Positions 1-9,493 of a DNA stretch of 32,309 bases are shown one piece after another. The notes under the pieces were generated by a model. It saw nothing but the letters and a program-made list of their open reading frames with translations, was not told the origin of the DNA and ran no database searches. The position numbers and the translations under genes are program-made. The stretch is taken from assembly GCA_008369845.1 (NCBI GenBank), contig MRSU01006942.1, positions 1 through 32,309 of the forward strand. The letters run 5' to 3'. This stretch comes from Trichomonas gallinae (lineage: Eukaryota). Numbering within the stretch: position 1 is the first letter of the stretch; every line of letters begins with the position of its first letter.

Positions 1-770
1 TCGATTACATCAAAGTAGAGAATAACTTCTGAATTAATTTGATAAACAGGTTGTATCTCTGTCTTTAAGAAGATGAAAGGTGGCATCCTAATAACATTGT
101 CAGGCGCAACAATAAAGCCGAGAGTTGTTTCTTTCCTTGGAGTCAACGTAATTTTCTGCCAGGAGAAAGCATATACAGAATCTTGGTTGGCTGTCGTTGT
201 ATTTGTGTCATCATTAAAGTATGGATAATCCTTTGGATCCATAGATCCTGAATTTGGAAGATCGCCGAAATAAATCGAGGAAACATCAGGGAAATATGAT
301 CCCTTGAGAAGAATAGTATGTGCAAGAGTACCACTTTCAACTACGAAAGAGCGCTTATCTTTAGAAAGTCTCACAGTCGCATTATCATCGCCAGCGAATG
401 ATGCATCAGCGAAAATGCCAATATCAGCAGTCGCATTTTCTGCAAAATCTTGGTTGAAGAAATAAAGCTGAACTTGGAGGTTGCCAGTCACTGGGTCATA
501 TAATTGATTTTCATCTTTTACTAAATTAAGCCAAGTTTTATTGATATTTAGGTTATCATCAGACCATCTGAGGAACTGTATTTCTCCTGGAACTCCATTC
601 TTGTCATATAAGCGAAAAGCAACGAAATATCCTTCATCACTCGGAGTCATCGGAAGTTTTTCCGTTTCTGATCGAGCGTATTTAAGCGTGAAGCATGCAT
701 TAGAGTTTGTTGGCTGATCGAGAACAATCTTAGGCTTAAAAGCCGCGATAAGACTCAATAAAACAAGCAT
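1..770 (-). CDS. Secreted/surface protein, 5' part (runs off the window start); resembles trichomonad Bap-like surface proteins
   Basis: Hand translation from ATG at 770 is open to base 3: MLVLLSLIAAFKPKIVLDQPTNSNACFTLKY...ADIGIFADASFAGDDNATV...QDSVYAFSWQKITLTPRKETTLGFIV. It has a short hydrophobic N-terminus. It is absent from the ORF track because no stop falls in the window. The family call is from recalled D-x-x-x-F-A-D...G-D-D-x-A and DS-x-x-AFSW motifs. Confidence 0.8.
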   Translation of the reverse strand, partial: MLVLLSLIAAFKPKIVLDQPTNSNACFTLKYARSETEKLPMTPSDEGYFVAFRLYDKNGVPGEIQFLRWSDDNLNINKTWLNLVKDENQLYDPVTGNLQVQLYFFNQDFAENATADIGIFADASFAGDDNATVRLSKDKRSFVVESGTLAHTILLKGSYFPDVSSIYFGDLPNSGSMDPKDYPYFNDDTNTTTANQDSVYAFSWQKITLTPRKETTLGFIVAPDNVIRMPPFIFLKTEIQPVYQINSEVILYFDVI

Positions 771-1054
771 TGTTAATTTTGAAAAACAAATTCATAAATA
801 ATTGAATATTGATATAAATAATTCTGAAGATAAAGAAAAAATAAACTGTTGCAAATTATTTGTAATAATGTAAAAATAGCAATGATGTTATTTATGATTT
901 TGAAATACATTGAAATGTTTTGACATGATTTTGGTCTGTTCGTTATATGTAATATAACGATATATATAATTTTGCAAAATCATGATTCAAAATTGTAAAA
1001 AAAAAATAATCAAATGAATTGGCAAAATAATTTGCTATTGTCATAATAATGACT

Positions 1055-1134
1055 GCATAGGGATGTTCGAAAAACCGTTCTTACGAGCAAATTCGTCGAT
1101 AAAAAGACGGTTTTTTCGATGAGCATCTTGCTGA
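1055..1134 (+). other. Long imperfect hairpin in a CpG-rich intergenic island (structured ncRNA or repeat-element remnant)
   Basis: GGATGTTC/GAGCATCT, GAAAAACCGT/ACGGTTTTTTC and ACGA/TCGT form nested stems, with G-U pairs on the + strand. Confidence 0.4.
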
Positions 1135-1520
1135 TTTAGTTAGGGAGCACCACTTTTTTTTGAGTAGGGGACACGCACCTTATGATGAGAAAAACACCCT
1201 TTTTTATGGATTAATACATCCCCTTCTTATAAATATCAACCCCTTTAATTATATACAAATCCCTCTGTAAAAATGACTGATCCTAATTTTTCGAATTTTC
1301 GAAAACCGTCGTAATGTCTAACCGTTTCGAAAAAAACGTTTAGAACTAAATTTGGAGTCCATGATTTTTCTATAAAAACAGATGCTTTTGAGCTGCTGAA
1401 CATTATTCTATGATTTCTCTGCCAATTTCGAGAAATTTGTTGTCTAAAACTGGACAAATTCAAGAAAAAAAGTATTGATTAACGTTTCGTTTAGCCTTAG
1501 GTAGGATCATAAAGCTCTAT

Positions 1521-2354
1521 TTATGCTAATATCTCCTTTGAAATTGATACAGAGCAAACATATTTTCCACCAGATGGAAAAGTCTCTTGTGTATCTTCAA
1601 CAGTGTACGTGCATTTGCCATCTGTATAGAAGTAGAAGCCGGACAAGAAGATTCCAATATCGAAATGGGAATAACTATTATTCAAATTGTAGTAATCGAA
1701 AACTTTAAACATGCTTTCTTCTGTATTGATCATGCATCTCCATGATTGATAGTTGACAGCTGATGGAAGCCATCTGATGCATTCAAGTAATTCTTGAACT
1801 TTACCTTCAATCGTTTTTGGTACTGGAGCTTTGGCTACTTCATCATAGTAAATGGCTGGAAATTCATATCTTCCGCTCTTCTTGAAGAAATTAATAACCT
1901 TATCCATGAATCTGGACTGATCAGCATCAAGTCCGAAGCAAACAACGCATGGGATCTTGAATCCTGGGAAACGAGATTCAACAACGCTGCGGCTGTAAGT
2001 TCCACCAACCCAGCAGGTTCCGATGCCATGTTGTGTCAATTTCATAACAGCAATGTTAGCTTTGAACGCAGCATCGATGCAATGTTTGACGTATTCTGTG
2101 TTATCTGTAACTTGAGATGGGATCTTCAATACAATCCAGCCTGATTCGTTAGAAATGAAGCCCAATCTCCCGATACCACTCTCTGTGACATCAATTTCTG
2201 CAGCTGTACCAAATGGTCCTGTTATCTTAGAACATTCGTGGACAATTTCATCAACAAGCTGTTTCTTTTCCGGTGGTATTTGTCCAGTATAGTTTCTAAC
2301 GGAATGGCGAGCTTGAAATGCCTCGACAATGCTAAGTTGTTTGTTTTCACTCAT
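1521..2354 (-). CDS. Nitroreductase family protein (bacterial-type, TM1586-like)
   Basis: 277-aa ORF with the FMN-binding motif ARHSVRNY, LTQHGIGTCWVGG, a PSAVNYQSW motif and a C-terminal DIGI motif. Confidence 0.9.
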   Translation of the reverse strand: MSENKQLSIVEAFQARHSVRNYTGQIPPEKKQLVDEIVHECSKITGPFGTAAEIDVTESGIGRLGFISNESGWIVLKIPSQVTDNTEYVKHCIDAAFKANIAVMKLTQHGIGTCWVGGTYSRSVVESRFPGFKIPCVVCFGLDADQSRFMDKVINFFKKSGRYEFPAIYYDEVAKAPVPKTIEGKVQELLECIRWLPSAVNYQSWRCMINTEESMFKVFDYYNLNNSYSHFDIGIFLSGFYFYTDGKCTYTVEDTQETFPSGGKYVCSVSISKEILA

Positions 2355-2413
2355 ATATAGTTTCGAAAATCTATCGACTGGTTTACATTTCGGGAAATAT
2401 GATATATAAATAT

Positions 2414-2443
2414 TTTACATGACAAATACGTGTTTACATGTCA
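2414..2443. promoter_or_regulatory. Paired TTTACATG(A/T)CA motifs upstream of the nitroreductase
   Basis: TTTACATGACA at 2414-2424 and TTTACATGTCA at 2433-2443, 60-90 bp upstream of the ATG at 2354. Confidence 0.55.
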
Positions 2444-2808
2444 TTAAATAAATACTATTAAGCTAATTCACTTCAATGTGGGTATTATATTTTCACAAAT
2501 GATTTCTAAATATCCAATATGCTCTTATAGATCAAAATTTCAGTGATTTACACAATTTCAATCAATCTCTGCATTGGAAAGTTTTAAATTATTTAATCAA
2601 ATGAGTATTTTTCAGATATAAAGTAATATAACTATTATAATGATTGTATAATATCTGTATCCTAGTGTAGAGGTCTTAATAACAAAAATTTGATTTGGTG
2701 GATAAAATAGGGTTATAATTTCTGAATATTCAAAATTTTGTTGGCATAAATCTAAAATATAACTGTTTAATAGCTTTATGGCAAATAATTAATGAAAAAT
2801 TTAGAAAA

Positions 2809-2817
2809 TCATTCATT
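2809..2817 (+). promoter_or_regulatory. Tandem initiator (Inr) elements
   Basis: TCATTCATT ends 9 bp before the ATG at 2826 and matches the trichomonad Inr TCA(T/C)(T/A). Confidence 0.6.
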
Positions 2818-2825
2818 TTTTGTTT

Positions 2826-5393
2826 ATGAATCATATCCCATCAATAGAAGGATATGAATTCTTGAACAAAATATACGCAACAGCACACATGGAGACATGG
2901 ATAGTCAAAGAGGTCAAGACGAATCGATGTCCTGTCGTTACAATTATTTTTAATTTTACGAATAGTCAAAAAAATTGCAAGAATTTGGAAATATTGATTG
3001 AAAAACAAAAACATCTCAACCATCCATCTGTTGCTGCACCGTATAAATACTACATTCCGCATGAAGGAAAAACGTCCGTAATAATATTTTACAATTGCAA
3101 TGCAGTAGCCAGTTTATCTTCTCGTTTAAAGAAGCATGCATCCAATGGTAATGATACAACTCTAAGTTTGCATCAAGTTTTTGTTTCCACACTCGCAACA
3201 ATTGCAGCTATTGAGTATTTACACAGTAATGATATAGTAATATACGATATAACATCCAAATTAATAATTTTAGATACGAACAATACTCCAATGTTAGTTT
3301 CATACGGATTATTTCCTATTTATTTTCTAGATACTGCAGATAGTAGATTTTTAGAGTCAGTAACATCGGCTCCTGAGTTAAAAGTCGATTTTAAGCCTAC
3401 AGAGAAGTCCGATATCTTTTCTTTCGGAATGTTTATTTACTCAGTTTACACCCCGAAAAACTTTGCGAATTCCGAGCTACTGTTTAGAAGACTGCTTGAC
3501 ATTTCACGTCGTGGTTATCAGGCATCTGTCAATGAATGCATACCAGGATTCCTGGCGGCTATACTCATTCAGTGTTGGAGCACTGATCCAAATCAAAGGC
3601 CGAAAGCAAAAAGTATATTTTATAGAGTTTACTCGAATATTGAGTCATATACGCGCGGCAGCACAGAAAAAGCGTTCCAGGAATATGCGCCAAAACTAGT
3701 TAACTACGAGCCACTTTATATTAACAAGGAAATGGCTTCAATTGCAAATGATGTTCCTATACTATCGAAGAAAGGAAAGAAAATCGCATATAAGTATATA
3801 TTGTTGCAGGAAACAATATTAGCTGTATCTTCAAAAACGATTGATCTCACTTTCAAACTCATAAAAGACACAATTAAGCCATCAAAGGACAAAAATCATC
3901 TGATTTCGTTCTTCTTGACGGCAACGCAATGCCGATTTTTGACAATAAAAGAAATAGCAGACTTATTCCACATGCTCACGAAACAAATTCCACATTTTGA
4001 CGATCTTCCCTTAATTTTCTTGCAGACTTTAGTTCGTTCGATCATTTACATTGAGCCTGTTCCTGACTATGTTGGCGCCTTTCAATTCCTTTTCTTTCTT
4101 TATGACATGGGAGACCTCAAAAGCAAAGAGTTGATGACAGAGTTTAAATATCTTTATAATAGGACACCAAACAAAAATAATATGTGTCTTCCTTTCTGTT
4201 GGTTCGCCAATCTTTTCTTTCAATCAGACAGGCCATTGTACGAGACTATTTTGAGCATTTTAGTAAGTCACCAAAATGACGACTTCTTTCCAGAGTTATA
4301 CAGAAATTTTATCAAAAACTTTAAGACTTTCAAATCAAAGAATTTTGCTTTCTACAAAGAAAAACTCCCTAAAAATAGGTCAATGAGTAAATTAAGACAA
4401 TCAATAAAGGCTGACAATGCAAAAGAATTCGTATCCATGACAACTGGAAACAAAAATGATTTATATTCGATAGAAGCCGATATTTTTGAGCCATGTCCAT
4501 TCATAAAGGAAGAAACATATGTACAAGTATACATAGCATTATATGGAGCAAACGCTATATGGTATGGAATGCTTACAAAACATCCACTTGGTTTACCGAA
4601 AGAGAAAGTTTTGCGAAAATTTATGCAATTTTGTATAGCAGGTGGTTCTGAGTCTATAATTATGAATGCAATGCAGCTGAGATGCCAAATGGATGGATCA
4701 CCGCAAATTGCTACTGTTTATCATCGAAATGAAATTTTTACAAACTTCTTGATGAATTTCTGCGATTTGACATTACCAGATAAAGATGGAAAGCTCGTAA
4801 TTACCACAGCTGCAGCTTCAAATAACATATATATTCTTTTGACATGTCTCCAGATGGGGATGTCAATAAATAGCAGAGAGCCATTCGGTTATACTCCATT
4901 ACATTCTGCTGCTGCAAAAGGAATGGTGGAAGTCATGGAAGTTTTATTCCAGATACAAGACATTGATGTTAACGCCAAAGATATTTGGGGATGCACGCCT
5001 CTGCATGTTGCTACTGATAGATCCCAGTTGAGTGCTGTTAAAGTTTTACTGAATAACAGAAACGTTAAGCCAAATCTAATGAATGAAGATGGAAAAACTC
5101 CTTTCATCATGGCAGTAGAAAATGGTGATATCGAGATAATCAAACTATTCATGACTTCATCAATCAAGAAGACATCGACAACAACAAAAGGACTGACTGT
5201 TCTACACATTGCAGCTACAAAATCTTTGGATGTTTTCGAGTTAATCGCGAAAAAATCCGGAATAGATTATGCAGCAGTAGATAGTAAAGGAAGGACGGCT
5301 CTTGACGTCGCTAAAAAATGCAACAACAAGCCTGTAATCGATGCAATAGAAAACTATATTGCAAAATCAGGTCAAAAATGCTATATTGTATAA
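2826..5393 (+). CDS. TKL-like pseudokinase fused to ankyrin repeats, with a C-terminal CAAX box
   Basis: Kinase-fold remnants (LNHPSV, IEYLHSNDIVIYD, SAPE, KSDIFSFG, CWSTDPNQRP), ankyrin repeats (GYTPLHSAA, GCTPLHVAT, GKTPFIMAV, GLTVLHIAA, GRTALDVA) and the end CYIV*. Start moved from TTG 2820 to ATG 2826, next to the Inr. Confidence 0.88.
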   Translation: MNHIPSIEGYEFLNKIYATAHMETWIVKEVKTNRCPVVTIIFNFTNSQKNCKNLEILIEKQKHLNHPSVAAPYKYYIPHEGKTSVIIFYNCNAVASLSSRLKKHASNGNDTTLSLHQVFVSTLATIAAIEYLHSNDIVIYDITSKLIILDTNNTPMLVSYGLFPIYFLDTADSRFLESVTSAPELKVDFKPTEKSDIFSFGMFIYSVYTPKNFANSELLFRRLLDISRRGYQASVNECIPGFLAAILIQCWSTDPNQRPKAKSIFYRVYSNIESYTRGSTEKAFQEYAPKLVNYEPLYINKEMASIANDVPILSKKGKKIAYKYILLQETILAVSSKTIDLTFKLIKDTIKPSKDKNHLISFFLTATQCRFLTIKEIADLFHMLTKQIPHFDDLPLIFLQTLVRSIIYIEPVPDYVGAFQFLFFLYDMGDLKSKELMTEFKYLYNRTPNKNNMCLPFCWFANLFFQSDRPLYETILSILVSHQNDDFFPELYRNFIKNFKTFKSKNFAFYKEKLPKNRSMSKLRQSIKADNAKEFVSMTTGNKNDLYSIEADIFEPCPFIKEETYVQVYIALYGANAIWYGMLTKHPLGLPKEKVLRKFMQFCIAGGSESIIMNAMQLRCQMDGSPQIATVYHRNEIFTNFLMNFCDLTLPDKDGKLVITTAAASNNIYILLTCLQMGMSINSREPFGYTPLHSAAAKGMVEVMEVLFQIQDIDVNAKDIWGCTPLHVATDRSQLSAVKVLLNNRNVKPNLMNEDGKTPFIMAVENGDIEIIKLFMTSSIKKTSTTTKGLTVLHIAATKSLDVFELIAKKSGIDYAAVDSKGRTALDVAKKCNNKPVIDAIENYIAKSGQKCYIV

Positions 5394-6248
5394 TTATTAA
5401 TATTACCTATAGATATATTATGTTTGTTATATAAATATATTCTAGTTTACATGTTTTATTATAATTAATCATCACTTATTTTAATTCATAAAATTTGTTT
5501 GATTAAAATAGCAAAAAATTTAGTGTATTTACAGGCACTGTTGACAAAAATAATCGTTGTAAGCATGTTTAGATTTGTTATAGTTTCGAATTTTGTAACC
5601 TGATAAAAATTAGAATTCTATCAATTATATATAGAATAAAGCTTTGCGATGTTATTACTGGGAAACAATCGACATTTTAACTTCGCCATATTTTATTCCA
5701 TCTTTTTAATATTCGATTATATCCTATTTTGGAAAAATAATATATTAATTTTGCGTAATCTAATAATGATTTTAATCCCAAAAAGCGATAAAACCAAGAT
5801 AATTTTAAAAATATAATAAAAAGAATAAAACTCATAAATCGTTCCGTTCTCTTTGTATTAGACAGTTTGATTAATAGTGGATTAATTTTGATTTGGATTA
5901 AAATATTCTAAAGTAAAAGTTTAGAATTGGTAGATGGTAAATGGATATTTAAATAATATTCAATTTTATAGTATGATGATTTAGTTAAAAAGTTCTTATT
6001 TTGATTTTTTGGAAAAAATTAAAAATTTACTAATTAACCCGATACTATCAATCGAATCATGATTTTCTGGCTATATTACATTTAAAGATCATCCATGAAC
6101 TATAAACATATAAAAGCATAAAAAAAACGATTTTTTTTGTATAAATCAAAATCTACTTTTTTCAAGTTTTTATGACAAACCTATATATGATAATTCTGAA
6201 TTTAAGCTCAAAAAAGCAAAATAAAATTTCTTATATAAAAACTTTTAC

Positions 6249-6258
6249 AAAAGTGACA
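6249..6258 (+). promoter_or_regulatory. AAAAGTGACA upstream motif (trichomonad M2-like)
   Basis: Single copy about 30 bp upstream of the PAK ATG. It is the same word that is arrayed upstream of CDC50. Confidence 0.5.
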
Positions 6259-6285
6259 AGTGCGTAGAAAAGTAATAAAAGAATT

Positions 6286-7638
6286 ATGAATATGAATAGG
6301 AAGATCAACAAGAAGGATATTTCTGATCCTTACGATGTTAAGGATGGCATTCACCTTACAGTCGATGAGGCAACGGGCAGATACCATAATGTGCCTCGCT
6401 GCCTTTTACATGCAATTCCTCAAGATAATGCCGCTTCAATTGTCGAAGATGAGACTATTGCACCAGAACTTAGACCAACAACTACAGGAAGAAATATGAT
6501 GTCTATTCCAGAATTTAATAAAAGAGTTGAAATTTCAGCACCATACGAGATTGAACACCTTACGCATGTTACTTTTGACCCACAAAAAGGCTTCGTAGGT
6601 CTCCCGCCGGAGTGGGATAAGATATTGAAAAAGAGTGGTTTCCAGAAGGAGGAAATCTCGGAAAATCCAGAAGCTGTTCTGGACGTCATCAAATTCATGC
6701 AGAAACCTATGCAACCGGCCAGCCAGCCACAGACGGATGAATCCGTCACATTGCCACCTATCCAAGACGTTGTACAAAAAACAAATCCAAAAACTTTTCT
6801 CAAAAACATGGAATCAATCGACGAAGGCAGCACTTGCAAAGTATACAAAGCAGATAATCCGCTTACTGGTACAGTTGTTGCAGTTAAAGAAATGATTCTA
6901 ACGGATAAAAATAGGCAAACATTATTCATCGAAACAAGATTAATGGCAACAATGAATCATCCGAATATTATTAAATTCTACTCGGCCCACTTAATCGAGA
7001 ATACGCTCTGGATTTTGATGGAATTGATGGACGGCGGATCTTTAACAAATGTAGCTACATACTGCGACGTACAAGAACCACAGATAGCTTATTTTGCTCG
7101 CGAAGTACTGCAGGCTTTAGATTACATGCACAAGCATAATAAGATTCATCGTGACATTAAAACCGATAACGTATTATTAAAATCAAACGGCGAGGTTCGC
7201 TTAGCGGACTTCGGATATACTGCACAACTCGAGTCTAGAGAACAAACGCGTAAATCAATGGTAGGTACGCCTTACTGGATGGCACCAGAATTAATTAAAT
7301 ATCAGCCTTACTCTTACGGTGTTGATATATGGTCTTTAGGCATTATGTGTAGAGAATTAGCAGAAGGAGAGCCTCCTTACGCAGATTCTCCACCAATGAG
7401 AGCTTTATTCTTGATTTCTACTAAAGGAATCCCTCCAATTTCAGACAGAGATAATAGGTCTACAGAATTCCTCGACTTCCTCGACCTTTGCCTTAGTATG
7501 GATCCCGCAGGTCGACCATCTGCTGAAACTTTGCTTCACCATCCATTCCTTTCAAAGGCATGCGAGAAGAAGTATATAGTTCCTTTGATTGAATTAGCGA
7601 AGCAGCTCTGTGCTCAAGAAGAATTTGATGATTTCTAA
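6286..7638 (+). CDS. PAK/STE20 family Ser/Thr kinase with CRIB/PBD
   Basis: CRIB motif ISAPYEIEHLTHVTFD...GLPPEW. Kinase motifs VAVK, HRDIKTDN, DFG, GTPYWMAPE and GEPPY are intact. Confidence 0.95.
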   Translation: MNMNRKINKKDISDPYDVKDGIHLTVDEATGRYHNVPRCLLHAIPQDNAASIVEDETIAPELRPTTTGRNMMSIPEFNKRVEISAPYEIEHLTHVTFDPQKGFVGLPPEWDKILKKSGFQKEEISENPEAVLDVIKFMQKPMQPASQPQTDESVTLPPIQDVVQKTNPKTFLKNMESIDEGSTCKVYKADNPLTGTVVAVKEMILTDKNRQTLFIETRLMATMNHPNIIKFYSAHLIENTLWILMELMDGGSLTNVATYCDVQEPQIAYFAREVLQALDYMHKHNKIHRDIKTDNVLLKSNGEVRLADFGYTAQLESREQTRKSMVGTPYWMAPELIKYQPYSYGVDIWSLGIMCRELAEGEPPYADSPPMRALFLISTKGIPPISDRDNRSTEFLDFLDLCLSMDPAGRPSAETLLHHPFLSKACEKKYIVPLIELAKQLCAQEEFDDF

Positions 7639-7842
7639 GATAGTGTTTTTATTCATTATTATGGTTCTATAATATTCACTAAATGTTCATATATCATGAA
7701 TTTTAATTCCTTTTTAATTATTTTTAAATCAAAAAAATATATTTATCACAAATGTTTTGTTTTGGTAGAAAAATAGCGTGCTTTAGTATACAAATAAAGA
7801 TTTTTACTCTTATAAAACTCTATATTTTTGATTATAAAAAAA

Positions 7843-8649
7843 TTAACAATTAAATCTTTCACCATCTGGATTTTCTAACTGCCATTTGTTATCTGGGAGC
7901 TCATGTAATTTGTATATTTCATTATTTTCGTTGTCTGTTAAAATAATAAATGTTGAACCAAATGGAGTCCAAAAACAATCTTTGAACTCGCCTTTCATTG
8001 ATCGTAAGTCTAAGGTTTCTAAAACTATTTCTTTTCCTTCGACGTGATAAAATCTTAATACTTCTTTTTCTCCAGTGTATTTAACCATGCATGTGTTACC
8101 AGATGCTGGAGATGGACATAAGAAATCAATTCCATCTTCTGTTTCCTTGGATGGAACAATTTCTTGTTCATTAACTAACGAAAGATATTCGACAGCATTT
8201 TTCTTAACTGCCCATATGTTTTCTTGCGATGCAAAGTGAAAGTCAATGTATTCGCCTTCGAATATTGTAATTGGCATTATAGAATTATCAATTCGAGAAA
8301 TTTCTGCGATATATATATGTGATTTGTTTGTGATGTATCCAAACAGTAAAGTATCTGTGTTTTGGCAAACATTAATGCATTTTGCGTATTGTTCTGTTAA
8401 ATCGATAATAATTGAATCTGAATATTTCATTTCAGCATCAGAAAAGTATAATGCAACCTTTTTCTCACTCTTGCCAACTACTAAAAACGATGGACCGTAT
8501 AAAGAGGGCAAAAATGAAAATCCATCAATACTTTTGAAGCCAATTTTAACTTCTTTGACAGGTGCATCAAGTTTGTCTTGCACGTATATATTGACAGAAT
8601 TGTTTTTGTATGTTGCTAAATACTTTCCACTTGAGTTTCTAAAAAGCAT
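7843..8649 (-). CDS. Divergent beta-propeller protein, probably Sec13/Seh1-like
   Basis: 268-aa beta-rich ORF. SFLPSLYGPSFLVVG recalls Sec13 WAHPKFGTILAS, and FWTPFGSTFIIL...YKLHELPDNKWQ recalls the Sec13 C-terminus SWSLSGNVLA...WKENLEGKW. The family assignment is tentative. Confidence 0.6.
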   Translation of the reverse strand: MLFRNSSGKYLATYKNNSVNIYVQDKLDAPVKEVKIGFKSIDGFSFLPSLYGPSFLVVGKSEKKVALYFSDAEMKYSDSIIIDLTEQYAKCINVCQNTDTLLFGYITNKSHIYIAEISRIDNSIMPITIFEGEYIDFHFASQENIWAVKKNAVEYLSLVNEQEIVPSKETEDGIDFLCPSPASGNTCMVKYTGEKEVLRFYHVEGKEIVLETLDLRSMKGEFKDCFWTPFGSTFIILTDNENNEIYKLHELPDNKWQLENPDGERFNC

Positions 8650-9102
8650 AATTTTTTGAACGATAATTTTTTTAAAAAAAATGGCTTCATCTAATTTTCA
8701 TGGATTTAAAATATATGATGGTCATATATATTAAATTTAATGAAAAGTTATAAAAGCATTTTCAAAAAACAGGATCCTATTATAGCAGGGCCATAACATA
8801 TTGCATATGTATTTTTCACATTATAGTATACTTATTGATAAAGCTATGAACCAAATTGCTAAGTTAATGAAAAATTGAGAAAATATGTTGAAAAATTTCA
8901 AAATAGCATCCTTCTACAGCAAGATCATAACACACTGTATATGCATCTTTCATATGATATTGCATCGAATTATAAAGTATGAGATAGATTGCAAAAGTCT
9001 GGAAAATAAATGAACTAAACAAGTTTTGGGGTTTCTAATGTTATAAAACAGTCAACTTTACAAAACAAAAAACTAAATATTATTTCGAAATATTGGAATA
9101 AC

Positions 9103-9447
9103 TTAAACTGAAGTAGTAAGAGTAGCATCCAGGATGTCATCAGAATGTTCTTTCTTACATAGCTTTTTCACTTTTGTGTAAAACCAAGCTGCTGCAGCGA
9201 GTGGAGCAATCATAACAATGAGGCCGAATATAGCTGAAGAAGCAACCAGTGATCCTGGTTTGTCATAGAATCCTGTTAATGGAGTTATTACACCTTGGTA
9301 TGTATATGCAGCGGATTCCAATATAACATTTTTATTTTGAAGTAACGTTTGAAAATTCGATGTGTAGAGTTGCTTTCTTGACGATATATGCGTGGCTGTT
9401 ATGATTATCTGATTCAAAAAACTAAAGAATAAGAAAGGAAGACCCAT
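9103..9447 (-). CDS. Small single-pass membrane protein (114 aa)
   Basis: From ATG 9447: hydrophobic N-terminus MGLPFLFFSFL, TM segment SLVASSAIFGLIVMIAPLAAAAWFY, basic stop-transfer TKVKK and a short acidic tail. The upstream ATG at 9510 would read through promoter motifs. Confidence 0.65.
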   Translation of the reverse strand: MGLPFLFFSFLNQIIITATHISSRKQLYTSNFQTLLQNKNVILESAAYTYQGVITPLTGFYDKPGSLVASSAIFGLIVMIAPLAAAAWFYTKVKKLCKKEHSDDILDATLTTSV

Positions 9448-9463
9448 TATATTGATTTGTTTT

Positions 9464-9493
9464 TGACATGTAAAATGAAATTTGCCATGTAAA
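9464..9493. promoter_or_regulatory. Paired TG(A/C)CATGTAAA motifs
   Basis: TGACATGTAAA at 9464-9474 and TGCCATGTAAA at 9483-9493, 17-46 bp upstream of ATG 9447. Confidence 0.55.

Noticed and set aside
1134..1147. TTAGGG / CCCTAAC as a telomerase RNA template or telomeric seed
   Set aside because: Only one repeat unit (TTAGTTAGGG), too short to distinguish from chance.
1245..1463. 72-aa ORF in the intergenic island
   Set aside because: TTG start, no motif, and it overlaps repeat-like sequence.
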